Shown here piece by piece: positions 12,422 to 23,566 of a stretch of DNA of 64,000 nucleotides. Under the pieces are notes generated by a model, which did no database searches, was not told the origin of the DNA, and saw only the letters and a list, made by a program, of their open reading frames with translations. The stretch's first letter is position 1, and each line of letters opens with the position of its first letter. The position numbers and the translations under genes were made by a program. The DNA lies in assembly GCA_002269645.1 (NCBI GenBank), contig NIVC01000895.1, forward strand, positions 8,309 to 72,308, read 5' to 3'. The stretch comes from Macrostomum lignano (Eukaryota).

Positions 12422-13063
12422 ATGCCAATCATCTCTATGGCTCGACTCGTTCTCATTCGCCGACTTTGCACGGCAGCCTTAGAGACCCAGCAGCAGGAAA
12501 AGTTGAAAGCAAATTTCTGGCATCGTCAGTATTCGAATCTGTCCTCTTATCTACGCCGGCTTCTAGTAGATTACCGACAAGCTGCCGCGGAAGCCCTGGC
12601 CGACATGGAGTCTGCACCGCGTAAAACTCTGGCTTACCTGTTTGTGGCCTCATTAGGCATTGTGGCTTGGCGAAACAATCCAAGCTACGGGGATTACACT
12701 AATCAGTTGCGACAGTGCAGCCTACAGTTGGGACAATTATCCCCATCGGTTAGAAGTCCCCGATGCGCTGAGTTTATTAACCGACTGTGCCAATTGAGAG
12801 ATGCTCAACAATTGAGACGGTTGAATCTGGGATTTGTCTCGTTGCTATGGGCTACGGAGCTGAGCTCGGACTGTCGACTGCCCGATCACACTTGCGAGCA
12901 TTTGAAACCGCGCTGGACTCGATTGAGACCAATTGATGTTGGCTGTTTCTCTCGCTGGATTCTGCTGTCGGGTGCCCTCAGGGACTCGGATGTCAACGAG
13001 GCGGAGTGGGGACAGTTGAGGCTTTCACCGGCTGATCCTGTAATTAGCGATGCCTGGGACTGA
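12422..13063 (+). CDS. TIMM29: Mitochondrial TIM22 complex subunit Tim29 (C19orf52 family), single exon, 213 aa
   Basis: Basic N-terminus, DYRQAAAE, TM segment then NNPS, RRLNLGFVSLLW, IDVGCFSRWILL, DSDVNEAEW match the Tim29 pattern. Confidence 0.85.
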   Translation: MPIISMARLVLIRRLCTAALETQQQEKLKANFWHRQYSNLSSYLRRLLVDYRQAAAEALADMESAPRKTLAYLFVASLGIVAWRNNPSYGDYTNQLRQCSLQLGQLSPSVRSPRCAEFINRLCQLRDAQQLRRLNLGFVSLLWATELSSDCRLPDHTCEHLKPRWTRLRPIDVGCFSRWILLSGALRDSDVNEAEWGQLRLSPADPVISDAWD

Positions 13064-13324
13064 TGTGTCTGAGGCTATGCTAATTTTAGTTATTAAACTG
13101 TTTCAAACTGTTTAGAAAAATACATATGGAAATCGGCATTTTTGTTAACGAAAAGTTTTTTTTGTGTTGTAGCATCTTCCAATTTTATATCGATTGGCGT
13201 TGGTATTAAACAGAATTTAATAGCTAATAATTTCTGTATTGATTTTTCAAGTGTGTTTGTATTTAAACAAACTAATAGAACCATGCCATTCCGCTTACCG
13301 TTTAGCGAGCATGCATAACTTTGC

Positions 13325-14270
13325 CATCCATAGCAACAACACTATAGCAACCACACCATAGCAACCAATCCATAGCAACCACACCATAGCAACCACACTA
13401 TAGCAACCAACCTATAAAAGCCACACCATAGCAACCGCACCATAACAACCGCACCATAGCAACCACACCATAGCAACCACACCATAGCAACCAATCCATA
13501 GCAACCGCACCATAGCAACCACACCATAGCAACCGCACCATAGCAACAACACCATAGCAACCACACCATAGCAACCACACTATAGCAACCAACTTATAAA
13601 AGCCACACCATAGCCACCGCACCATAACAACCGCACCATAGCAACCACACCATAGCACCCACACCATAGCAACCATACTATAGCAACCAACTTATAAAAG
13701 ACACACCATAGCAACCGCACCATAACAACCGCACCATAGCAACCACACCATAGCACCCAACCTACAAAAACTACACCATAGCAATCGCACCATAGCAACC
13801 ACACCATAACAACCAAACCTACAGCAACCACACCATAGCAACCAACCTGTATAAACCACACCTTAGCAACCGCACCATAGCAACCAATCCATAGCAACCG
13901 CACCATAGCAACCACACCATAGCAATCGCACCATAGCAACCACACCATAACAACCAAACTTACAGCAACCACACCATAGCAACCAACCTGTATAAACCAC
14001 ACCTTAGCAACCGCACCATAGCAATCACCATAGCTACCAACCTATAGCAACCACCATAGGCACCACCATAGCAACCAACCTATAAAAACTACACCATAGC
14101 AACCGCACCATAGCAACCACACCATAACAACCAAACCTACAGCAACCACACCATAGCAACCAACCTGTATAAACCACACCTTAGCAACCGCACCATAGCA
14201 ACTGCACCATAGCAATCACACCATAGCAACTGCACCATAGCAATCACACCATAGCAACCAACCTATATAT
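13325..14270. repeat. 15-20-bp minisatellite (CCATAGCAACCACA)
   Basis: Direct tandem repeat sharing the CCATAGCAACC core with 11095-11485. Confidence 0.95.
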
Positions 14271-14426
14271 CTAACCGCCGCCATCAGCATGAACCTCATG
14301 GTAGGAACCTATAATTACAAACCATTCGTCTAGTATGCATACTAGCTATCTCATATTAGAAGTCATAAATGTAAAAGGTCAAAGCACTTCACGCACTGAC
14401 TTTAACTACATGTACATCTTACTGCC

Positions 14427-15661
14427 ATGAGCTCGCAACGGGGCAACGCCAATCGAAGTAGGCCTCAGAAACACCAGAATAGTCATGCATTCAAGAACAG
14501 CATCCATGACACTTCTCAGCGTACAAAAACTGTCAATCAACTGAATTTTGGCGGCCTCACCTGTCAGCGCTGCAAAGATATTTTAGACTGGAAGGTGAAG
14601 TATAAAAAGTACAAGCTGCCTACTCAGCCAAGGAAGTGCGTGCGTTGCGAGAAACGGTGCATACAGAGCGCTTATTTCACTGTGAGTTGAACTTCTGTAC
14701 GGATTCTATGGGTTGCTTTTCAAGCTTTTGATTTAGTCATCTATTTTGGTATAGTGAATGAGCTCCCACACTATGACCAGTTTTTATGGGCATGACTAGT
14801 AGCACTATGACCAGTTTCTATGGGCATGACTAGTAGCACTATGACCAGTTTCTATCGGCATGACTAGTAGCACTATGACCAGTTTCTATGAGTATGACTG
14901 GTAGCACTATGACCAGTTTCTATAGCTATGACTAGTAGCACTATGACCAGTTTCACTATGACCATTTTCTATGGGTATGACCAATTTCTATGGGTATTAA
15001 AAGCAGCACCATGACCAGTTTTTATGAGTATAACAAGTAGCACTATGACCAGTTTCTATAGCTATGTCTAGTAGCACTATGACCATTTTCTATGGGTATG
15101 ACCAGTTGCACTATGACCAGTTTCTATAGCTATGACTAGTAGCACTATGACCATTTTCTATGGGTATGACCAGTTGCACTATGACCATTTTCTATGGGTA
15201 TGACCAGTTGCACTATGACCATTTTCTATGGGTATGACCAGTTTCTATGGGTATTAACAGTAGCACTATGACCAGTTTCTATAGCTATGACTAGTAGCAC
15301 AATGACCAGTTTTCTATGGTATCTCTTCTCTCTCTCTCTCTCCTAGGTGTGTCAGAGCTGCGCCCGTGAACGAGCCGAATGTCAGAAGTGCGCCCAGCAG
15401 CGAGAGCTGACCCCCGCAGAGGCGCCATCGGTGGCAAATCAGTCAGCCGGAGCGGCAGCGGCCGCAGCTGCCAACCTCGACTCGGAGATGCAGCAGCTGC
15501 GCGAACGGGACAAGCGAACGTTTCTGCGACTGTTGCAGGCGGAACGGTTCGAGACTGCCGCACAGGCTTCGGCTTGGATCCGGCACCGGCTGGGAGAGTC
15601 AGATGATGGGTCAGGTGATGACGGAGAGTACGAAGAAGAAAGCGAAGAAGACAATCAATGA
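14427..15661 (+). CDS. C9orf85: C9orf85 homolog (DUF2039, Cys-rich); exons 14427-14681, 15347-15661 (189 aa)
   Basis: MSSQRGNANRSRPQKHQN, CQRCKDILDWKVKYKKYK, CVRC..CQSC..CQKC; phase-0 GT-AG intron. Confidence 0.9.
14765..15320. repeat. ~34-bp minisatellite (GCACTATGACCAGTTTCTATGGGTATGACTAGTA) in C9orf85 intron
   Basis: Direct tandem repeat. Confidence 0.9.
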
Positions 15662-15802
15662 AAAATGCCTGCAACTTGGAATTGTTAAACTGACATGCTT
15701 TTAGTAATAATCTTGTACCCGATTCAAATATATACGTAACAGTCAGTTTATGGTATTATGGAATTGAAAATGCTTTTTTACCTTTTTAATTTATTAATCC
15801 AT

Positions 15803-16168
15803 GTAGAGCCCAGTGGTCCAGTGCGGCGCTCTGATGTCCCAGCGGCCCAGGCTCGATTCCAAGTGCAGTCACATTAATTTGGGGCTGAATTGGAATCTCA
15901 TCTTGGCTCTGCTCGTGCAATTAACGCCTTTGAAGGGCCAACCCCCAAGGCGCAGTGAAGTGTACATGCCTAACGATAAATAAAGTTAGGGCCGCTGTAC
16001 ACTCCTGTGTGAGTGTGTGCCTGTGCGTCTGACTGCGTACGTATCCGCGCGCTTGTGTGCCTGCTCAGGGGAGTCGGCGGAATGGGCAGCAATGCCTCTC
16101 GCCGGTTGTGTGACAATGTCGCTTAAAGTGCGCCAGGGTGCACCCAGCCCCTGCCTGTAATCTAAAAA
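15803..16168 (+). mobile_element. tRNA-derived SINE, near full-length copy
   Basis: A-box-like AGCCCAGTGG, B box GGCTCGATTCC, body shared with six other copies in the window, A-rich end. Confidence 0.8.
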
Positions 16169-16357
16169 GGGTTCCCTAGTATTGTTGCTATAGCAACTAG
16201 CGTGATTGATCCGGGCCGAGTTATCTCTAGACCCCTTATCGTCTTTAGACTGCTGGTTTCTGGTCTACAAATTCGGGATTCTAGAATAGGCACCTCAGCA
16301 GTATTGCCATGGCAACTAGCGCACATTGAAAAGTACAAGTATACGCTTCCCTCATTC

Positions 16358-17143
16358 ATGGACTCCCTATCCCTAACCGATCGCGTTGCCACAGTAACCG
16401 GGGCCAGTTCTGGCATCGGTAGAGCAGTGGCTGTCCAGCTGGTTCGCCTCGGCGCTCAAGTCCTGCTGGTCGGCCGCAGCCAGACCGCTCTGGACGAGAC
16501 TCTGGCCGCCTGCAAGCAGGTCGGATCGTACAGCTCAGCAGCCACTCTCTCCGCTGATCTGCTTCAACCAGCTGATTTGGCCAAAGTCGTGCCAGCAGCC
16601 GTCAACGCGTTCGGCCGCTTGCACATTCTTGTCAACGCTGCTGGAGCTCTTATCAACGACACCGTCGAGACTTATTCGCCTAGCGCTGCTGAAGGGCTTC
16701 GCCGATTGAATGTTGACACAGCGATCGAGCTGACTCAAGCCGCCGTGCCGCACCTGATCGCCTCCGGTCGGGGCAGCGTTGTTAACGTGTCCTCCGTAGC
16801 TGGTAATTGCGCTTTTCCAAACGTCATGACCTACTGCATGACTAAAGCCTCTTTGGACCAGTTCACCAGGTGTACAGCGCTCGACTTAGCGTCTAAGGGT
16901 GTTCGCGTGAACTCGGTAAATCCTGGCGTGATTGTCACGGAGATTCACAAGCGATCGGGCATGTCCGATGAAGCTTATGCCGCCTTCCTGGAGCGGTCCA
17001 AGACCACGCACGCTCTGGGCAGGGCCGGCCAACCGGAGGAGGTGGCCACTGTGGTGGCCTTTCTAGCCTCGGATGCTGCGAGCTTCATCACTGGCACCAT
17101 CGTTCCCGTAGACGGAGGCCGGCATATCATGACACCGCGTTGA
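16358..17143 (+). CDS. Classical short-chain dehydrogenase/reductase (FabG-like), single exon, 261 aa
   Basis: TGASSGIG, VNAAG, NVSS, YCMTK (YxxxK), VRVNSVNPG, GRAGQPEEVA, ITGTIVPVDGG; true ATG at 16358. Confidence 0.93.
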   Translation: MDSLSLTDRVATVTGASSGIGRAVAVQLVRLGAQVLLVGRSQTALDETLAACKQVGSYSSAATLSADLLQPADLAKVVPAAVNAFGRLHILVNAAGALINDTVETYSPSAAEGLRRLNVDTAIELTQAAVPHLIASGRGSVVNVSSVAGNCAFPNVMTYCMTKASLDQFTRCTALDLASKGVRVNSVNPGVIVTEIHKRSGMSDEAYAAFLERSKTTHALGRAGQPEEVATVVAFLASDAASFITGTIVPVDGGRHIMTPR

Positions 17144-18309
17144 GTTTGCCAACTCGATGACTCTGAAATGCTTGACTTATTTGATGCTTAGGATCCTTCC
17201 TTCCATTGACACCCCCTGCAATTGAAGATAGTAGCTATTTATCACTTTGAGCAAATAAATCTAAAGAATTCGAAGCAATCAGGAATAACAAAACCGACTT
17301 TTTAAAGTGAATCATTTTTTTATTGTTGTTCCTGCAGTGTCCCTCAAAACAGTTGGTAGCCAACGACCAAACTGTGGCTGGTAACGTCTCGTGAAAACGT
17401 TATGATTATCAATTAGACACGAATTTGACAGGTGTCAACAACTAGAGGTGTTAGCCTTTCGATTTTTAATTCAATCTTTTATGCACATGTACTCATAAGC
17501 AGTGATTGCTAACAAAACTTGCAAGTTTTACGTGCATTGACTTCTTCCGGATATGAAGCACGAATGATCCTGTTGAGCTTGGATGCCTGATCTCGCGAAA
17601 AGACATTGGGCCCGTTCTATGTTGAGATCGTTCTTAGCTTCTATCTCCGCAGTGTAGAAGTTTCGACGTACGATCAAACTTGCGCTACGACAGCTTTATA
17701 TTGTAGTACGATCCCGTTGTGGAAGAAATTGAAATGGAGATCGGGAAATGCAAACGTTATAAAAATTATTCACAAGATGAAATCGATTGTTAGTTGACAC
17801 AAGGATAAATACCTATGCGCAGTTAAAACTGTTGAGCTTCAGTCCAGAATTCATGGCGACGACTGAAGGCACTTAATAGCACAGAATATATATATTTCGA
17901 ACCTACCCAAAGTTAACTAAATATCTAGAAAACCCTTGGTTAGAAAGTAAAATTAGATTAAAATTTCAATTATAGAATTCTACAGTTGCTGTCCTTACCT
18001 AGCCGTGCATGAATTGTCTTCCTATCCGTATCAAAATGCAGGTGTTTTTTTCATTCTCTACCCCCTTTTCCGTCCTCTGTACGTAGTCTTCCCCTCCATA
18101 TACGAGAGTTTTGCGCATATTTGCACGTGTTTGTACATAAATGTATGCACATTCACGAGAACTGCGGGCGCTTGCAGAAGCAAATAAGAGCTACGCGCGT
18201 TACACTTAAAAGCCATTTACGCTTGTAGCTATCGTAAACAGCATTTTTATCTGACTCTGCAGTCTGAGGAAGTTAAACTGCCAATTTAGGTCTGCATCAG
18301 CTGCGACTG

Positions 18310-21300
18310 AGTCAGTAGCAAGGAGAAAGCACCGGTGACTGAGACAGTAGCAAGGAGAAAGCACCGGTGACTGAGACTGCAGCAAGGAGAAAGCACCGGT
18401 GACTGAGACAGTAGCAAGGAGAAAGCACCGGTGACTGAGACTGCAGCAGGGAGAAAGCACCGGTGACTGAGACTGCAGCAAGGAGAAAGCACCGGTGACT
18501 GAGACTGCCGCAAGGAGAAAGCACCGGTGACTGAGACAGTAGCAAGGAGAAAGCACCGGTGACTGAGACTGCAGCAAGGAGAAAGCACCGGTGACTGAGA
18601 CTGCAGCAAGGAGAAAGCACCGGTGACTGAGACTGCCGCAAGGAGAAAGCACCGGTGACTGAGACTGCCGCAAGGAGAAAGCACCGGTGACTGAGACTGC
18701 CGCAAGGAGAAAGCACCGGTGACTGAGACTGCAGCAAAGAGAAAGCACCGGTGACTGAGACTGCCGCAAGGAGAAAGCACCGGTGACTGAGACTGCAGCA
18801 AGGAGAAAGCACCGGTGACTGAAACTGTAGCAAGGAGAAAGCACCGGTGACTGAGACTGCAGCAAGGAGAAAGCACCGGTGACTGAGACTGCAGCAAGGA
18901 GAAAGCACCGGTGACTGAGACTGCAGCAAGGAGAAAGCACCGGTGACTGAGACTGCAGCAAGGAGAAAGCACCGGTGACTGAAACTGCCGCAAGGAGAAA
19001 GCACCGGTGACTGAGACAGTAGCAAGGAGAAAGCACCGGTGACTGAGACAGTAGCAAGGAGAAAGCACCGGTGACTGAGACTGCAGCAGGGAGAAAGCAC
19101 CGGTGACTGAGACTGTAGCAAGGAGAAAGCACCGGTGACTGAGACTGCAGCAGGGAGAAAGCACCGGTGACTGAGACTGTAGCAAGGAGAAAGCACCGGT
19201 GACTGAGACAGCAGCAAGGAGAAAGCACCGGTGACTGAGACAGCAGCAAGGAGAAAGCACCGGTGACTGAGACAGCAGCAAGGAGAAAGCACCGGTGACT
19301 GAGACAGCAGCAAGGAGAAAGCACCGGTGACTGAGACAGCAGCAAGGAGAAAGCACCGGTGACTGAGACAGCAGCAAGGAGAAAGCACCGGTGACTGAGA
19401 CAGCAGCAAGGAGAAAGCACCGGTGACTGAGACAGCAGCAAGGAGAAAGCACCGGTGACTGAGACAGCAGCAAGGAGAAAGCACCGGTGACTGAGACAGC
19501 AGCAAGGAGAAAGCACCGGTGACTGAGACAGCAGCAAGGAGAAGCACCGGTTACTGAGACTGCAGCAAGGAGAAGCACCGGTTACTGAGACTGCAGCAAG
19601 GAGAAAGCACCGGTTACTGAGACTGCAGCAAGGAGAAAGCACCGGTGACTGAGACAGCAGCAAGGAGAAAGCACCGGTGACTGAGAAAGCAGCAAGGAGA
19701 AAGCACCGGTGACTGAGACAGCAGCAAGGAGAAAGCACTGGTGACTGAGACTGCAGCAAGGAGAAAGCACCGGTGACTGAAACTGCCGCAAGGAGAAAGC
19801 ACCGGTGACTGAGACTGTAGCAAGGAGAAGCACCGGTGACTGAGACTGCAGCAAGGAGAAAGCACCGGTGACTGAGACTGCAGCAAGGAGAAAGCACCGG
19901 TGACTGAGACTGCCGCAAGGAGAAAGCACCGGTGACTGAGACTGCCGCAAGGAGAAAGCACCGGTGACTGAGACTGCCGCAAGGAGAAAGCACCGGTGAC
20001 TGAGACTGCAGCAAAGAGAAAGCACCGGTGACTGAGACTGCCGCAAGGAGAAAGCACCGGTGACTGAGACTGCAGCAAGGAGAAAGCACCGGTGACTGAA
20101 ACTGTAGCAAGGAGAAAGCACCGGTGACTGAGACTGCAGCAAGGAGAAAGCACCGGTGACTGAGACTGCAGCAAGGAGAAAGCACCGGTGACTGAGACTG
20201 CAGCAAGGAGAAAGCACCGGTGACTGAGACTGCAGCAAGGAGAAAGCACCGGTGACTGAAACTGCCGCAAGGAGAAAGCACCGGTGACTGAGACTGCAGC
20301 AAGGAGAAAGCACCGGTGACTGAAACTGCCGCAAGGAGAAAGCACCGGTGACTGAGACTGTAGCAAGGAGAAGCACCGGTGACTGAGACTGCAGCAAGGA
20401 GAAGCACCGGTTACTGAGACAGCAGCAAGGAGAAGCACCGGTTACTGAGACAGCAGCAAGGAGAAGCACCGGTGACTGAGACAGCAGCAAGCAGAAGCAC
20501 CGGTGACTGAGACAGCAGCAAGGAGAAGCACCGGTGACTGAGACTGCAGCAAGGAGAAAGCACCGGTGACTGAGACTGCAGCAAGGAGAAGCACCGGTGA
20601 CTGAGACTGCAGCAAGGAGAAAGCACCGGTGACTGAGACTGCAGCAAGGAGAAGCACCGGTGACTGAGACAGCAGCAAGCAGAAGCACCGGTGACTGAGA
20701 CAGCAGCAAGCAGAAGCACCGGTGACTGAGACTGCAGCAAGGAGAAGCACCGGTGACTGAGACAGCAGCAAGCAGAAGCACCGGTGACTGAGACAGCAGC
20801 AAGCAGAAGCACCGGTGACTGAGACTGCAGCAAGGAGAAAGCACCGGTGACTGAGACAGCAGCAAGGAGAAAGCACCGGTGACTGAGACAGCAGCAAGGA
20901 GAAAGCACCGGTGACTGAGACAGCAGCAAGGAGAAAGCACCGGTGACTGAGACAGCAGCAAGGAGAAAGCACTGGTGACTGAGACTGCAGCAAGGAGAAA
21001 GCACCGGTGACTGAAACTGCCGCAAGGAGAAAGCACCGGTGACTGAGACTGTAGCAAGGAGAAGCACCGGTGACTGAGACTGCAGCAAGGAGAAGCACCG
21101 GTTACTGAGACAGCAGCAAGGAGAAGCACCGGTTACTGAGACAGCAGCAAGGAGAAGCACCGGTGACTGAGACAACAGCAAGCAGAAGCACCGGTGACTG
21201 AGACAGCAGCAAGGAGAAGCACCGGTGACTGAGACTGCAGCAAGGAGAAGCACCGGTGACTGATACTGCCGCAAGGAGAAGCACCGGTGACTGAGACAGC

Positions 21301-21716
21301 AGCAAGCAGAAGCACCGGTGACTGAGACAGCAGCAAGCAGAAGCACCGGTGACTGAGACTGCAGCAAGGAGAAGCACCGGTGACTGAGACAGCAGCAAGC
21401 AGAAGCACCGGTGACTGAGACAGCAGCAAGCAGAAGCACCGGTGACTGAGACTGCAGCAAGGAGAAAGCACCGGTGACTGAGACAGCAGCAAGGAGAAAG
21501 CACCGGTGACTCAGACTGCAGCAAGGAGAAAGCACCGGTGACTGAGACAGCAGCAAGGAGAAAGCACCGGTGACTGAGACAGCAGCAAGGAGAAAGCACC
21601 GGTGACTGAGACTGCAGCAAGGAGAAAGCACCGGTGACTGAGACAGCAGCAAGGAGAAAGCACCGGTGACTGAGACAGCAGCAAGGAGAAAGCACCGGTG
21701 ACTGAGACAGCAGCAG
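18310..21716. repeat. 3.4-kb 31/32-bp minisatellite (GCAAGGAGAAAGCACCGGTGACTGAGACTGCA), about 105 units with higher-order blocks
   Basis: Direct tandem repeat; unit length is not a multiple of 3; minus-strand ORFs are open only because the unit lacks stops. Confidence 0.98.
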
Positions 21717-22468
21717 TAAAGGTGAGCGCCTTTTCTCTCTTAACTGTCCTTATCAGTTTGTTCTATCTCAACCCACGTGTCTCATTCACTTCCACTCTCA
21801 CTTTCCTATATTGCTATTTTTATCGGTGCAGGTATGCTTAAGCGAACACGTGATTCGTTTTTCAAGAACAGCTTGAAAAGCGTCTCCAGATATTAATCTG
21901 AGTTAAGATTACTCGCGTGCCACAGTACAGTGCACAACTACAAATTTTGCAGCTGAGTCACGGCTGATGCGCGCTATTCTTGAAAGTTTGACAGCACAAA
22001 TACAAAGTACGCATGCTAAATAAAGTCTCGACTCCTAGCAAAATGATGAGGTTAGCAAACAGACTCAACAAACTTGCATATGAGCGATAGAGTAATGCTA
22101 AAAACAAGAGATTAGAAGATAAAATTTACTCAAAGTAAGAGCAAAGTTAAAGCATGACTTTTTTACCGCAAGATTTTTTATTCTATCAGAAACTTTTGGT
22201 GTAGATAGTAGCTAAATGTAGTTTTACAAGTTTCAAGACCAGTGAGCTATCTGGCCGTTGTCTCAGCGGGTGCTTGACTTTATCTGAAAGTCGACCAAAA
22301 GCGAGAGCGAATCAGAAGTCTTGACTGTGACTTATATTTACAATAAAATTTTGTGAGTCACTCGGTGATTGACTTTTCTTAGAGTGCTACCAATACCTTT
22401 TAATGGATAAGTAAAACCATTTTTATCTTTACAGGGCCCAGAAATTCAGTAGCGAAATCATAAAGAGG

Positions 22469-23380
22469 ATGGATCAAACGCCAAGCATTGATGAGGCAGT
22501 CACCACCGGAATAATGGCGACTGTGAAAGCTCGATTTCAGCATCTGCAAAGTGAGCAAAGTAAGACAATGTTCTGCGCAACTAACTGCCGTTTGGCAGCC
22601 CAGCATGGCCAGTTGGAAGTGGTTAAACTTCTGGTGGAAGCCATGCCTAACCAAAGTGTAAGAAATCAGTGCTGCATGAATGCTGCGCTTTCTGCTGCAA
22701 GCGAGGGTCACTTGGAAGTGGTGAAGTATTTCTATCTTCGTCTCAAAATGGATACTCGTATTGAGACCGAAGACTTCCGATTTCGTTGCACACTGGCTGC
22801 ATGCTCTCGCCTAAGAGAAAATGTTGTGTCGGAGTTTGGCCTCGAGCCTGACTGGCTCTTCCAATTCAGCCCCATCCTCAGCTTCACCGCAGCGATGGCC
22901 ATCGAAGGCAGGAACTCTGTTCTCACCGACACGCTCTCTCGAATGCAGCCAGCTCAGGTCACTCAGCTGCTCCGTGTCGCCATCTCTCAAAGACACGTCG
23001 CTCTTGCTGTCACACTGATCAATGATGAGAGATTCAGCTCAGAGCATGTTGATCAGTCAGACAGCACTGAAGCCACTGCCCTCATGCTGGCAGCTGATGC
23101 AGGTCATCACGAGCTCGTTGAGAAACTGCTGGATCTCGGTGCGTCAGTGCGTGCCGAAGACAGTCAGGGTCGGACTGCTCTGTCGCGAGCCTGCGAAGCC
23201 GGTCACGTGCGAGCAGCCAAGGCTCTGATGGACAGAGGAGCGGATGCGAGTCATCGAGACGGTCGGGGTCTGACGTGCGCACAGCTGGCAGAGCGACTCG
23301 AGCAGCGAGAGGTGCTGCGCCTGCTGGACCCTAGTAGATTAATGCAAGTGGCATGCGACCCTGCATCGATCGTGCACTAG
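22469..23380 (+). CDS. Ankyrin-repeat coding exon, probable N-terminal part of an ANK-Mab-21 protein
   Basis: AAQHGQLEVVKLLVE, AASEGHLEVVKYF, TALMLAADAGHHELVEKLLDLGA, GRTALSRACEAGHVRAAKALMDRGAD, GLTCAQLA; acceptor TTTACAG at 22434. Confidence 0.85.
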   Translation: MDQTPSIDEAVTTGIMATVKARFQHLQSEQSKTMFCATNCRLAAQHGQLEVVKLLVEAMPNQSVRNQCCMNAALSAASEGHLEVVKYFYLRLKMDTRIETEDFRFRCTLAACSRLRENVVSEFGLEPDWLFQFSPILSFTAAMAIEGRNSVLTDTLSRMQPAQVTQLLRVAISQRHVALAVTLINDERFSSEHVDQSDSTEATALMLAADAGHHELVEKLLDLGASVRAEDSQGRTALSRACEAGHVRAAKALMDRGADASHRDGRGLTCAQLAERLEQREVLRLLDPSRLMQVACDPASIVH

Positions 23381-23566
23381 ATTTACTTACGGCACAGAAA
23401 CATTAAAATACAAGAGTTCCATTGTACATTGCAGATGCTCAGAAACCCAGCAGGCAGCCGCTACTCCCAATTCGGTTCTTCTCCGGTGGGTTTCATTGCT
23501 TTTGGTTCGACAGCGTGTGTTGAGCAGTTCGTCTGCAGTTTCCTGTATTGGAATTTTGCCCCACAG

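Noticed and set aside
16000-16110. HDV-like ribozyme in the SINE tail (GGCGGAATGGG resembles the HDV 3' end)
   Set aside because: No consistent P1/P3/L3 elements could be built, and the candidate L3 is missing in other copies.
18206-21695. Minus-strand ORFs of 200-730 aa, and a + strand KEKAPVTETAA-like reading
   Set aside because: Unit is 31-32 bp; all three minus frames give the same cyclic peptide, and the + frames hit TGA within a few units.
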